Source of the DNA: Barthelona sp. PCE | Taxonomy: Eukaryota | NCBI GenBank assembly: GCA_040285745.1 | Contig: JAUFOR010000008.1 | Coordinates: 1,488,001-1,552,000, forward strand | DNA: 64,000 nt | Direction of reading: 5' to 3' | Shown: in pieces, positions 19,706 to 30,151 of the stretch | How the letters are laid out: every line of letters begins with the position of its first letter | Position numbering within the stretch: the first letter of the stretch is position 1 | Notes under the pieces: model-generated | Seen by the model: the letters and a program-made list of their open reading frames with translations, nothing else | Told to the model about the DNA's origin: nothing | Database searches by the model: none | Translations under genes and position numbers: made by a program

Positions 19706-21130
19706 ATGAGCATTCACTCTTCAGAAGCATCGTCCAAGCCATCGCTGCCACACTCCTATGAGTTAGCCAGCTCATTGGCGAGTGAGGTAGAATCAGGGCA
19801 AGAAGATCTAGGTATTCTCGATAAAAGGCGCTCATTGCGGACAAAGCCTGTTGTACATGCGCCGGTAATTGAGCCTCGCAAGTTCTCGTTTGATGACTTC
19901 ACAGTCAGAGGTGAAATTGGCAGGGGAGCTTTTGGTGTTGTGTATTCAGCAATCAATAAGGTAACTGATGACCAGGTCGCTCTCAAGGTACTGTCAAAAC
20001 GCGTCATGATTGAACGTAATAAGGTAGAAGCCGTACGCAACGAACGAAATTTACTCGCTCTAATCAGTCCAGAGAAATGTCCTCAAATATCCAATGTAAT
20101 GTATACATTCCAGAACCCAACAAAGCTATACATCGGATTGGAACCTGCTGAATGTGGAGATTTGTGGTTCCAGGTGAAGAAGCAGGGACCCTTCCCGCTC
20201 CATGCCGTATCATATTACATCAAAGAATCCCTCCGCGCGGTACGTTTCTTACACGAGCACGGCATCTGTCATCGCGACATCAAGCCTGAGAACCTGCTCG
20301 TAACAAGAGAAGGTCAACTGAAACTGGCAGATTTCGGCTGCGCTGTTCTGAACGGAGGAAAGCACGAATTTGCAGGTACAACTGAGTTTTGCGCTCCAGA
20401 AAGCCTGCAGCACAACCAGTATTCAATCGCAAGTGACTTGTGGAGTATCGCAGTCACGGCCTTCTATTTATTTTTCGGAAAACGGCCATTTACAGCAGAA
20501 AATGAATTCCAGACCATGAATAACATCGTCAACCTCAACTACAGGTATCCTTCAGTCTCACATCCCATTTTTGAAGACTTTATCGAACGTATTTTTGTTC
20601 TTGATCCAATGAGGAGGTTGGGCGTCAGTTCCTTTGATGATATCATGTCTCACCAGTTCATACAACTCTCAGGCGACGAGCCCCCGCCGTTCTGTTCGCT
20701 TGTTCCTCTTAACGTCCTCTTCAGAAAGTATGATGTAGAAGACATGAGTGAACTGGTGTTGATCATTGAAGATGAACAGTACGAGGACGCTACCCCGGAC
20801 AACGATGCGCTGGGGGTGTGCAGGAGCACCGCAGTGTATTCCCATTTCAGTCCAACTGAAAAAGTACTTCATGTTGAAATGTTATTGAAGAGACATCATG
20901 TGTCAGTGAAAAGGAGAGTGTTTGTTTTGACTGATAAACGTGTGTTCTATTTTGATCCTGTCACAAATGAGTTCAAGGGAGAGATTCCATTCGATTTATT
21001 AGTTGAATTCAAAAAGATTAATGAAACAAGGTTTGATTTAGTTACGCCCTCAAGGAATTACCATCTGACTGGTAACGATCAGAGCTTCTATAGGTTTAGT
21101 GAAGCATTTCGCAATTACAAGTATTTGTAA
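19706..21130 (+). CDS. PDK1: AGC kinase with C-terminal PH domain (PDK1-like)
   Basis: GRGAFG, VALKVL, HRDIKPEN, DFG, GTTEFCAPE; C-terminal KRRVFVLTDKRVFYFDP..FKGEIP resembles the PDK1 PH domain. Confidence 0.85.
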   Translation: MSIHSSEASSKPSLPHSYELASSLASEVESGQEDLGILDKRRSLRTKPVVHAPVIEPRKFSFDDFTVRGEIGRGAFGVVYSAINKVTDDQVALKVLSKRVMIERNKVEAVRNERNLLALISPEKCPQISNVMYTFQNPTKLYIGLEPAECGDLWFQVKKQGPFPLHAVSYYIKESLRAVRFLHEHGICHRDIKPENLLVTREGQLKLADFGCAVLNGGKHEFAGTTEFCAPESLQHNQYSIASDLWSIAVTAFYLFFGKRPFTAENEFQTMNNIVNLNYRYPSVSHPIFEDFIERIFVLDPMRRLGVSSFDDIMSHQFIQLSGDEPPPFCSLVPLNVLFRKYDVEDMSELVLIIEDEQYEDATPDNDALGVCRSTAVYSHFSPTEKVLHVEMLLKRHHVSVKRRVFVLTDKRVFYFDPVTNEFKGEIPFDLLVEFKKINETRFDLVTPSRNYHLTGNDQSFYRFSEAFRNYKYL

Positions 21131-21150
21131 AATATTTTCTTTTCTTTTCA

Positions 21151-21828
21151 ATGTATAAGGGACTTTTCATTCTTTTCATCACGTTATTTTCCGTGTATTG
21201 CAAGCGCTATGGTGTAGATATTTCACAACCATGTTCACAAAACGCTTTTACTGAAATGCGAACCAAAAACGGTGTAGAATTCGTCATTGTCCGCTGTTGG
21301 AGATCCCTGGACACAACAGATCCCAACTGTGCAGCATCTGTCCGAGCAGCTCACTCAGCAGGAATGGCAGTGGGTGTGTACTTCTTCCCTTGTCCTTATA
21401 ATTGTCGTAAGACACCGCAACAGCAGGTAGGTGAATTCTACCAGTATATTAAGAATAACAACCTTGAGGGGATGATTGGCGAAGTGTGGTTTGACGTTGA
21501 AGGTGAACAATATTGGAGTCCTGATAAATCACAAAATTTAGCCATATACAACGATTTCTTGAAGAATCTTCTTCAACAGGGCTATAAACAATTCACTGTT
21601 GGTGTTTATTGCTCTCATTACCAATGGAACCGAATTTTTGAGTCAAGCGCAAAGAACGCCTATTCTTGGATGCCACTCTGGTGGTGCAGATACGATGGAC
21701 ACGACTCCTTGTTCTATAACTGGCAAGACTTTGGCGGTTGGACAAAGGATTCGAACGTAGTCATCAAACAATACAGAGGTTCTTCGGTCTTACAATCGTG
21801 TGGCGTTGATCTAAATGTTATGGCCTAA
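21151..21828 (+). CDS. Secreted GH25 lysozyme (protist type)
   Basis: Signal peptide, GVDISQ, FVIVRCWRS, VYFFPC, WFDVE (DxE), FGGW..IKQY, GVDLN. Confidence 0.9.
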   Translation: MYKGLFILFITLFSVYCKRYGVDISQPCSQNAFTEMRTKNGVEFVIVRCWRSLDTTDPNCAASVRAAHSAGMAVGVYFFPCPYNCRKTPQQQVGEFYQYIKNNNLEGMIGEVWFDVEGEQYWSPDKSQNLAIYNDFLKNLLQQGYKQFTVGVYCSHYQWNRIFESSAKNAYSWMPLWWCRYDGHDSLFYNWQDFGGWTKDSNVVIKQYRGSSVLQSCGVDLNVMA

Positions 21829-22115
21829 TTTTCCATTCACTTTTTGTAAACTGACTTTTCGACTTGAGAGCAGATAGCATCACTTGAATGTGGACAAATA
21901 TCAATTTAACACTCTAAAATAGTGTGTCAAAGCAAACAATGTGATCCTGCTCAATAAAAATTGTTCTAGTCAAGCCGCACTGTTAGTATCTCACACTAAT
22001 TTGTGCTATAATCAATAATAAGCGTGTTTTTGTTAAAATAAAGTTGATAATTCACTATCAAAAAATGTTATCACATTTTTCACTCCTTCCTTTTTATTGC
22101 ATTTTTATAGCATAT

Positions 22116-25100
22116 ATGGAAGTCACTGACTTGCTCAACCTCGATAGTGCAGAGCAAATCGTGTGTCTCTTTGATGGCGATGGTGTAGCTTGCCCTTTGT
22201 CTTTTAATAAGCTCCGCGAGTCACAATTATACTCACCTGCACGCTTTAGTACCCCTAATCAGAACCGTGCTCCAATACCTAGCTCTATACAACTTCACTA
22301 TGGGTTTATTTCAACATCATTCGACGCTACATACTTTTTGGGTTGTGTTCACAATGGAGACATTATGATATACAACCACAGCACCGAAAAAGCAATCCGC
22401 ATCGCACGACCGCCACTGGCTGGCGTTGAAGACGAGGCACAGGCAACTGGATGTGGTTTTTTCTCATGCTTCAGGCCCCATGCCCTGGCCTCCATTGCCG
22501 CCCGCTTTGCATGCCTCACGCAGGACAACAAACACCTCGCAATCATCACCCACAACAACCAAATTTGGCTGTTTGCCAACGCGTTTGAAAACGATGGTGA
22601 GGATGTTTCAAAGTGGATATTTGTAGACTCGGTGCAGGACTTCACACGATGTGAGCTTGTTTTTTGCCGGGATAAGCTGTTTGGCTACACTCTCTGTGGT
22701 TATATTGCTAACGATACACACTGTACATTATTTAAAGCATTGTTCAACTCATTGTCGTCGAAAGCTACTGATAAAAGGCATCTGAGCGTCAAAAGACCCC
22801 AGTCAATCACAACATCGTCAGTCGTCTTGCAGAAAGTTCCAATGTATATTTGTATTTCATCTGGAGCCGAGATTTTCCTCGTTTTCAACGATAACACAAT
22901 GAGTACCCACGCAATTCCAAAGACTTTCGATGGCATTGATGATGGAAAGTTTTATTCCTCTGCCGTCGTTACGAAACCAATGAACACAAAGCATATGCCC
23001 AAGAACAGTCTCATGGCAGGTTGCAGCATCATATATTGCACAGAGAGCGGAGATGTCATCATCCGTGATTGGTTTTTGAACTTGATCAAGATGAAGATTG
23101 GTATGAACGTAGCTTCTTTCCAAAGAACGCTCAATCCTTTTTCATTCCTTGCGCTACATAACCCTACCGAGGGCCTGCTCACAAACAGCGTTTCTGTTCA
23201 GGCATTAACAATTGCCGATCAGGGATTCCAAACACTCCTACAGAACTACATATCAGACAAGTCGCTGCCTATTCCCGACCGAATGCGATGTGCATTGCGC
23301 CTTGCCGTGTTATGTGAGGAGGGTGCTCTTGTATCGCAGGAGGTTCTGAACCAGTTTTTGGTTCTCATGAGTAGGATTCCCAAAATTTCTGGCAAAATTA
23401 TTCAAGAAGTGACTGAAATCGACAGGTATGATCACATGAGGTACTTTACAACGCTGTTTAACCCAGAGATTCCTTCCAAAACACCCCGAAAGGTCAAGAA
23501 ACCGTTAATCACCATTCCACTTAGTGATGATGCTGCTGCACCCACCGCTATGTGGCCCACGAAGCCTGCCAACGCCGCAGCCCTCCCGTTAGAGAGTTCT
23601 AAGGATATTGATGACGCTTTGGATCTGATTTCAAGCGTTCTACAACGCTTAGGACTTGATGTTGATCACAGCATCAGTTTACCCTTTCCTTGGGGGAACT
23701 GGACAGCAGACATTGTTGTGGCGCCACATCTGGAGGAGCAGCTATGGGCTATGAAAGACGAAACGTTTACTGATGAAGAGACTTTGAGACACCTGCTGAC
23801 GTGGGTTTTCTCCAGACTATTTGTCTGTTGGTCACTGCAAACGTTCTCTTCCAGCGAGCAGAGACTGTTGGTTCGGAAAAAAATGTATCCAATGTCCAAT
23901 GAACAAGAATTCCGGTTTGTGCGTATCCTCTTCTTCATAAACGTAAGGGATCGTATCGCAACTATTATGCGCCAGTCTCCTGTCAACTCCAGCGCCCTCG
24001 CAATCACGTATGCCATGCTCACACATTACTACGACCTTGTGAACTGGACGAGTCTCATGCACAAGATCATGGCACTCCTGAGCGGTTGTGATTCCGTACA
24101 GACTGTACAGTCTGTTCTTTCTGTATTGCGCGAGGACGAGCTTATGGGAAAGCTACGCGTTCAGTTCCGTCAACTGTCTGCTTTAGTCGCCGATCAGTCG
24201 GATTGGGTGCCTAGTAAGAGCTCCAGGCTTGTGTTCAACAGCAACCTCATCGGTGTTGTAGATAGGAAACTGCCCACTTATGATGCAGCAAAGAAAGACT
24301 CACTGCTGGAGGCTGTTCAGCAACAGAGAGCATTCCAAAAGCTGGTTGAACGCATGACAACAATCAAGGACGAGAAGCAACAGAAGTTTAGGAAGAGCCT
24401 TAGTCTCCGTAAGGTTCCGCGTATTAAGCGCAAACCAAAGAAGGAAGGTGAGATTAAGAATATTGATACTGTTGAAGAAGTTATTGTCAATTCTGATATC
24501 AGTAATGTCACGATTGAAGAGGAGGAACATAAAAGTGAACCTGTGAAAGAACCTGAACACAAGAAAGTACTTGTGAAGGAACTTGTTGAAGAACATATGA
24601 AGGAACCTGTAGATGATAAAAGTGAGAGTGAAGAAGACGAAAGTGAGAGTGAAGAAGACGAAAAGGATGTTGTTGAGGTAAAAGAACCCTTTAAAAGGTC
24701 TCCAAAGAAGAATAGACCAAGATTATTCCATCTTCCACCCATCCAAGACGCCAGAATCGTCGGTTCCAAGCCCAAGATTGACCCTGTAGTCCCTGAAAAG
24801 CCTAAAAATATCGAAGAGGTTGTTACCCAAACTGACCCGATTCCTGAAACACCTATGCCTCACAATAATATGACATTGCATGGCACTGATACGGATCAAA
24901 CTCCCCTTGAACAGCTCGTTTTCGCAATAACAGAAGCTGTTAAGCGCAATCTACCCACACCAAAAAAACAAAAAGTAGAAAATGCACCTGTTACAGTGGC
25001 ACCCATCACAGTGGAACCGATTCCAAAGGATAAATACGTCTTTTTAAAGGCTAACAGCCTGGATAAGGCCTTCCCTTCTCAGAAAAAGACAAAAAAAGCT

Positions 25101-26435
25101 TCTTCGGTAAAGATGTTTAGAATTCCCTCAGAAAATCGCAAAAAATCCAAAAAAACTGTGCGTTTCTTGCATTATGATCCGATACAACGACAATTCGCAA
25201 GCGAAACGTTTGTTAAGCTCCCAAAATCAAAGCGCAATGCAGTTGAGAATCGATCAAGATCTTCTTCCCACACATCTGTAAGTTCATTTGTTTCAAATGC
25301 GCCACCATCCTCTGCCGCTAGCACGCATGCTTTTTCAGAATCCAGCGTTTCACGCCCTCCAAGCTCAGAGCCAACCCGTCAAGTTATTGAGCCATTACCT
25401 CAAGTGCAGGAAAAACCACGTACAGTGACTGCCCCGAAAACGGGACGTACATTGCGCAACGCACCACAAACTGCCACAATCAACCTCGACATGCCAACTC
25501 TAATGAGCACCACAGGCGATGTTGTGTCAACCCGAACTGATAAGGTTTTATTCCCGCCTAAGCGCTCTAACATCACTACAGTTACGGAAACGATCAACCT
25601 AGACCTAGTAACAACGGCAACACAAGCTGGTATTTCACATCAAACCCAGGATTACCTCAACCGTCCTATAAAGGGTACACCGATCGTAATAGAGTCGCCT
25701 GTCAGGTTAAATCCTCCCCCGCGCCCCATTGAACCGATTTCTTCTGTTGCAGAAGAGGAAACGAGCAAGAGATCAGAGAGAAAACAGTACAGACCAAAGC
25801 AGCGTCTGAAATCACTGTCGCTGGACATTGCCGCAGCATCTCACACAACTGATGAGCACATGTCTTCGATTCTTTCGAGCATCAACGACTCTTCGTTGCT
25901 TTCAGTTTCTGAAATTCCGCCGAGAGACATTAACGTTATTTACAGCCATGCTGGAGCTCTCCCGCAGTCGCCTATCTCGTCTCCCCCACTCCCTGAGCAC
26001 CGCCATTCTCCAAAAACACAAATTGAGACACAATCTCCAAAAAGGGAGGAAGAATCTGGACCAGTGGATGATTATGATTTGTTGTATCATGAGCTCAACA
26101 GCGCTACCAGCCTCAAGGACGTCCTCAAGGTGATGGACGGTATGCGCGCGCTTGACCCATATGAAGGATATCAAAAAAGCCCTGCATTGCAAGAACACGT
26201 AACAAAATATGTTGATGAGCTTGAACAATCCCTACGTGGATTGGAAGACGGTACATCAGAAGTTACAGACAGCCTTTCGATAATGAATTCGTTTATCGAC
26301 GACACGCTACGCAAATGCGATCTCAGTGTTGCCGTCCCTCTTGACCGCATCCCAGGCAGCGATGCTGAACTGGCGCAACTCCTTGATATGAACCTCGCCA
26401 ACGTTGACCTAACCGATGTATATGCGTTAATGTAA
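22116..26435 (+). CDS. Large protein with N-terminal beta-propeller-like region, CPLANE1/JBTS17-like; disordered C-terminal half
   Basis: Likely ATG at 22116 (MEVTDLL) after a T-rich tract. ISTSFDATYFLGCVHNGDIMIYN, LTQDNKHLAIITHNNQIWLF and LVFCRDKLFG recall the CPLANE1 N-terminus. Confidence 0.5.
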   Translation: MEVTDLLNLDSAEQIVCLFDGDGVACPLSFNKLRESQLYSPARFSTPNQNRAPIPSSIQLHYGFISTSFDATYFLGCVHNGDIMIYNHSTEKAIRIARPPLAGVEDEAQATGCGFFSCFRPHALASIAARFACLTQDNKHLAIITHNNQIWLFANAFENDGEDVSKWIFVDSVQDFTRCELVFCRDKLFGYTLCGYIANDTHCTLFKALFNSLSSKATDKRHLSVKRPQSITTSSVVLQKVPMYICISSGAEIFLVFNDNTMSTHAIPKTFDGIDDGKFYSSAVVTKPMNTKHMPKNSLMAGCSIIYCTESGDVIIRDWFLNLIKMKIGMNVASFQRTLNPFSFLALHNPTEGLLTNSVSVQALTIADQGFQTLLQNYISDKSLPIPDRMRCALRLAVLCEEGALVSQEVLNQFLVLMSRIPKISGKIIQEVTEIDRYDHMRYFTTLFNPEIPSKTPRKVKKPLITIPLSDDAAAPTAMWPTKPANAAALPLESSKDIDDALDLISSVLQRLGLDVDHSISLPFPWGNWTADIVVAPHLEEQLWAMKDETFTDEETLRHLLTWVFSRLFVCWSLQTFSSSEQRLLVRKKMYPMSNEQEFRFVRILFFINVRDRIATIMRQSPVNSSALAITYAMLTHYYDLVNWTSLMHKIMALLSGCDSVQTVQSVLSVLREDELMGKLRVQFRQLSALVADQSDWVPSKSSRLVFNSNLIGVVDRKLPTYDAAKKDSLLEAVQQQRAFQKLVERMTTIKDEKQQKFRKSLSLRKVPRIKRKPKKEGEIKNIDTVEEVIVNSDISNVTIEEEEHKSEPVKEPEHKKVLVKELVEEHMKEPVDDKSESEEDESESEEDEKDVVEVKEPFKRSPKKNRPRLFHLPPIQDARIVGSKPKIDPVVPEKPKNIEEVVTQTDPIPETPMPHNNMTLHGTDTDQTPLEQLVFAITEAVKRNLPTPKKQKVENAPVTVAPITVEPIPKDKYVFLKANSLDKAFPSQKKTKKASSVKMFRIPSENRKKSKKTVRFLHYDPIQRQFASETFVKLPKSKRNAVENRSRSSSHTSVSSFVSNAPPSSAASTHAFSESSVSRPPSSEPTRQVIEPLPQVQEKPRTVTAPKTGRTLRNAPQTATINLDMPTLMSTTGDVVSTRTDKVLFPPKRSNITTVTETINLDLVTTATQAGISHQTQDYLNRPIKGTPIVIESPVRLNPPPRPIEPISSVAEEETSKRSERKQYRPKQRLKSLSLDIAAASHTTDEHMSSILSSINDSSLLSVSEIPPRDINVIYSHAGALPQSPISSPPLPEHRHSPKTQIETQSPKREEESGPVDDYDLLYHELNSATSLKDVLKVMDGMRALDPYEGYQKSPALQEHVTKYVDELEQSLRGLEDGTSEVTDSLSIMNSFIDDTLRKCDLSVAVPLDRIPGSDAELAQLLDMNLANVDLTDVYALM
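24619..24663 (+). repeat. Coding 21-bp tandem repeat (two copies)
   Basis: AAAGTGAGAGTGAAGAAGACG twice, encoding SESEEDE. Confidence 0.9.
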
Positions 26436-26450
26436 GTACAGCTATTTACA

Positions 26451-27731
26451 TTACTGAGGAGATACATCCTGAATTTGCTCAGGTGTCTCGCCGTTAGCCT
26501 CTTCAACGAGCTCAGGAACGCTCTCCTCTGCTACAGTCACTGGTGCCGGGTTGAGCACACTCCAGACATTTTTCCAAAAACCTTTGCTATATGACCTGAA
26601 CTTGTTTTTATCATATGCCTCCATCAATACCTTGCAGTAGCACTGTGCACAGCCGCAAATCTCCAGATAACGACGGCGCTGCTCGAATAAATCGTTCATC
26701 AAGTATCGCTCCCCTTTGAAGTTCTTAGCGTTCTTAGAACGCATACATTTCTCTTTCAGGAACGGATACTCCTTGTACAGTTTGCCAAGCTCCCTTGTGA
26801 TCTCATTCTGGCGCTTCTTCTTTATCTTCATCTTCTGCTCCTTGACAAGCATAACAAACTTAGTGAGGATAGCCATGAGCTCCTTCTTCTCGGCGATCTT
26901 GCCCGTTTCCATTGTTGGTGTGTTACGGCCGACAAGATAAAGGTGATATAAAAAGAATATAAATACAACTGCGCCAATGGAGGCAGCAAAGAGTGATAGA
27001 GCCAGGTTGAACGTGCGGTAGTTGAGCATGACCAGCATTGTGCGCGCCCATGTGACTCGCTCCGGAGGTACTCCTCGCTTGATTATGGAGGCCATCAGAC
27101 CTGGTACGTTCAAGCTCCTGTATGTGATAAAACAAAGATACATGAGGATTAAGGAGTGGTGCACGAGGAAGTAGAGGAAGTAGCGGTAGTTGTTGTGGCC
27201 GAAACAGTTATTGAACCATACACAGTGATGATCGTGGCGTGCGTAACACTTATCGCATAATCTGCAATGACGGCTACGTGCAGGACGTAGGATCTTGCAC
27301 GTTTCGCAGCTCTTGAACATGTAAAGCGCAAAATCAGGTTCATAAATCTGCAAATACGATGCGACTGTTTTCCTATCAACAGTACCAGGGTCGGAGTTGC
27401 AGCAGATGATGAACCAGATCCAGCAGATAACGTACATAATCTGGAAGACTAAATCCTGTAACGGATCAACGTATTCACGTCCTTTCCACATGTATGAAAT
27501 ATAAATTCCACCAACAAGCAACACATAGAAGCCTTGAAATAAATGGTTTGGCTTATTTGCAGCATAATCAGCGAAGTTAACCAGACGTTTTCTAAGCGGT
27601 GCGGGGATTAAATAACGTACCGAAAAAAACATTCTTCCGAATGCGGACTCACGCAAACCCTTCATCTGCCAGACGAAAATGCCCACGAATAGCACGAAAA
27701 GTAATATGATTGGAAGATATACTAATCTCAT
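26451..27731 (-). CDS. DHHC palmitoyltransferase (SWF1/ZDHHC4-like)
   Basis: SDPG, CETCKILRPARSRHCRLCDKCYARHDHHCVWFNNCFG..NYRYF, several TMs, YSKGFWKN; ATG at 27731. Confidence 0.92.
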   Translation of the reverse strand: MRLVYLPIILLFVLFVGIFVWQMKGLRESAFGRMFFSVRYLIPAPLRKRLVNFADYAANKPNHLFQGFYVLLVGGIYISYMWKGREYVDPLQDLVFQIMYVICWIWFIICCNSDPGTVDRKTVASYLQIYEPDFALYMFKSCETCKILRPARSRHCRLCDKCYARHDHHCVWFNNCFGHNNYRYFLYFLVHHSLILMYLCFITYRSLNVPGLMASIIKRGVPPERVTWARTMLVMLNYRTFNLALSLFAASIGAVVFIFFLYHLYLVGRNTPTMETGKIAEKKELMAILTKFVMLVKEQKMKIKKKRQNEITRELGKLYKEYPFLKEKCMRSKNAKNFKGERYLMNDLFEQRRRYLEICGCAQCYCKVLMEAYDKNKFRSYSKGFWKNVWSVLNPAPVTVAEESVPELVEEANGETPEQIQDVSPQ

Positions 27732-27778
27732 GCTCTGAATGGTGTAGGAAAAAATACAACGCTTTTTCAATTTTCTCA

Positions 27779-28816
27779 ATGTCGCACAATGAGATAGAAC
27801 AGAGGGGGCGTCTTCTTTCGGGTGCAGAATCCATGGATATGGAACTAGAAACCATTTCCCGCCAAGCTAGTACATCAGATTGTCTCGATTTGACTATAAA
27901 TGATACAGAAATCTTTGTTCCAATCTCTTTAACACCAAGCCCACCGATCACGAAGCTCGTATTTGAGAATCGAACATTTTACATTTTCGTTTACATACTC
28001 GCGCTTTTCACATTAGGAATTACTATCCTAAGCTTTGTAAGATATCCACACAGTCTTTTGTACGACCACTTTGTCGAACAGAGGCAACAGTTCATCGAAC
28101 GTGACCTTGTATCCATTAGGTGGCCTAGTGTACTGTCAACATTTAACGGACCATCAACCGACACCTCAAAGCTGCGGTTTTCGATCAGGGCTGACCATAA
28201 CGAGAGTGCTGCGATTGGGATTGATCCTTCGAAGCATGGAATTGTAACGACTGTTTTGAGTGAAAAAGATGCTCTTTCAGCCGCGAATTTATTTAAATCT
28301 TGTGTCTTGGCTGGATCTCGTGCATCTTTCCATGTTATTTTTAACGAAATTGAGTTTGAAATCGATACAAATGGTGATTTTCAGTATCAGACACATTTTT
28401 CTCACGATCCTTTCACATACACCTTTAACATGTCATTATACCAGGTTCTACATCTAAGCCCGGACAGCATTGCAGTGAAGAACCCGGACCCCCTTATATT
28501 AACAGCAAGACCCGTTTCATGGGCACCAAAAACAGTCGACACACAAGGATCGGCCAACGCTGGTGCTTTCGCAGTGAAGCCGTCCCCCATTGCGTTTGCA
28601 GATATGCAAAGGATCAAATCACAGTATGGTGGCACCAACGACCAGCTCCTGTTCTCACTCAATTATATCGCAGCATTCTTATCTTTTTCGAGTATCTGCA
28701 GTGTTGATACGTTCGCTACGTCCTCTATATGGATAAATATCGACTTTTTAAGAGTTATTCAAGGTGTCAGTTACACACATCCCCTTTCCACATTTGTTCT
28801 CGAAGTTTTACAATAA
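27779..28816 (+). CDS. Hypothetical single-TM (type II-like) membrane protein
   Basis: ATG at 27779 (MSHNEIEQ), head-to-head with the DHHC gene; TM FYIFVYILALFTLGITILSFV. Confidence 0.7.
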   Translation: MSHNEIEQRGRLLSGAESMDMELETISRQASTSDCLDLTINDTEIFVPISLTPSPPITKLVFENRTFYIFVYILALFTLGITILSFVRYPHSLLYDHFVEQRQQFIERDLVSIRWPSVLSTFNGPSTDTSKLRFSIRADHNESAAIGIDPSKHGIVTTVLSEKDALSAANLFKSCVLAGSRASFHVIFNEIEFEIDTNGDFQYQTHFSHDPFTYTFNMSLYQVLHLSPDSIAVKNPDPLILTARPVSWAPKTVDTQGSANAGAFAVKPSPIAFADMQRIKSQYGGTNDQLLFSLNYIAAFLSFSSICSVDTFATSSIWINIDFLRVIQGVSYTHPLSTFVLEVLQ

Positions 28817-28822
28817 ATTAAA

Positions 28823-29626
28823 TTACAGAACGGCGCTAGCGTTCAGCTTCACACACATGTCCTCAAAGAGATCGATGATCTCATCCTCTGTTTTCTGCCT
28901 CAGCTGCTTTTCGTTACGTAAATCAGCCTGAAGGCGCATAAATACCTCACCGAGCATGTTGACAAGGTGTTCCTCGGTGCTCTCGCGGGCAAGACGCTCT
29001 TCATGGATGGCCATAGCAATCGCTCCAAGCCTTTCCTCCATCGCGTTGATTACGTGGCCTTCTGCCTCCTCACGCTCCAGTCTGATACTGCTAAGGAGCT
29101 CGTTGAGCCTTGGGATCTCAATTGCAAGGGTGGACCGAATAGATTCAATATTGTGCTGCCTAGTTCTGTTCTCATGACCGAGCTGGTTCTTGAGGTCCTC
29201 AATACGGGTTTCCATGAGTGCAAGGACGCTGTGTTCCATGGTGTCGTAACGGGAAATACAGTTCTGGAGGTGCTCACGTCCTTCTAACAATAAATTTTGA
29301 ACTTCTTCAAGCAAAAACGTCTGCATCTCATCCATTGACTGCTTCTCACCTGCAAGTATGTCTCCGAAGCGTTGAATCTTATCGCGCGCTCCTTCAAAAC
29401 GTTTTTGTTGCTCTGTGCTACGATTTACCATGTCGCTTTCAATAGTCTTTAGGCGCTCAAACAGGTTGTCCCTCTTTAGACGCTTTTTGTTATCGATATT
29501 GCCCTGCAAACTGGACAGCTTGTTTGTTAACATTGAAATTTTGCTTCTATTGGGACTTTGCCTGGTGCTGGTGAGAGATGCACGTGTTTCGGCTAGTGTA
29601 CCCATCTTTCTCGGTGTAGAATCCAT
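28823..29626 (-). CDS. SF-assemblin / beta-giardin family striated fibre protein
   Basis: Short S/T/P head plus ~240-aa coiled coil with ERLARESTEEHLVNML and EKQLRQKTEDEIIDLFEDMC; ATG at 29626. Confidence 0.8.
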   Translation of the reverse strand: MDSTPRKMGTLAETRASLTSTRQSPNRSKISMLTNKLSSLQGNIDNKKRLKRDNLFERLKTIESDMVNRSTEQQKRFEGARDKIQRFGDILAGEKQSMDEMQTFLLEEVQNLLLEGREHLQNCISRYDTMEHSVLALMETRIEDLKNQLGHENRTRQHNIESIRSTLAIEIPRLNELLSSIRLEREEAEGHVINAMEERLGAIAMAIHEERLARESTEEHLVNMLGEVFMRLQADLRNEKQLRQKTEDEIIDLFEDMCVKLNASAVL

Positions 29627-30151
29627 TATAACTGTTTGAAAAGGAGAGAAAAATTTAAACAAGCGAAACCCTCAAAATATAGTTTACATGAATAGTTATG
29701 CGTGATGCAATGTGCTATAGACCTCAAAAGAGCAATTAATACATGTTTGAGTTATAAACAACCTCAATACACAATTCCATGCTTTATTTTCACAACAGAT
29801 AAGAATAACGTTCTACAATGAGGCCTTTTTTTGAAAAAAGGCACGCCTTCAACAAAATTTTCTGAGTAGACCAAGCAATAAGGAAGCAGAATAAAAAAAA
29901 ACCGAGGAAACACCATAACTTACATTTAATTATTGTAATTTCACCTGAAAAACTAATTTTATGCATAGAAAAGTGCAAAATAATTTACAATCCTCAAAAA
30001 GTTATGCAGGTTCCAACACCTGAACTAACATTCTCTATAATATGAATTACAAGGAGTGATACGTCTTTAACTGTGGTATGATGAAGTTTGTTCACATATT
30101 TTGCACTTTGAAGAACCTGTTCTGCAAACATAACCTTTTTCAACTTCTACA

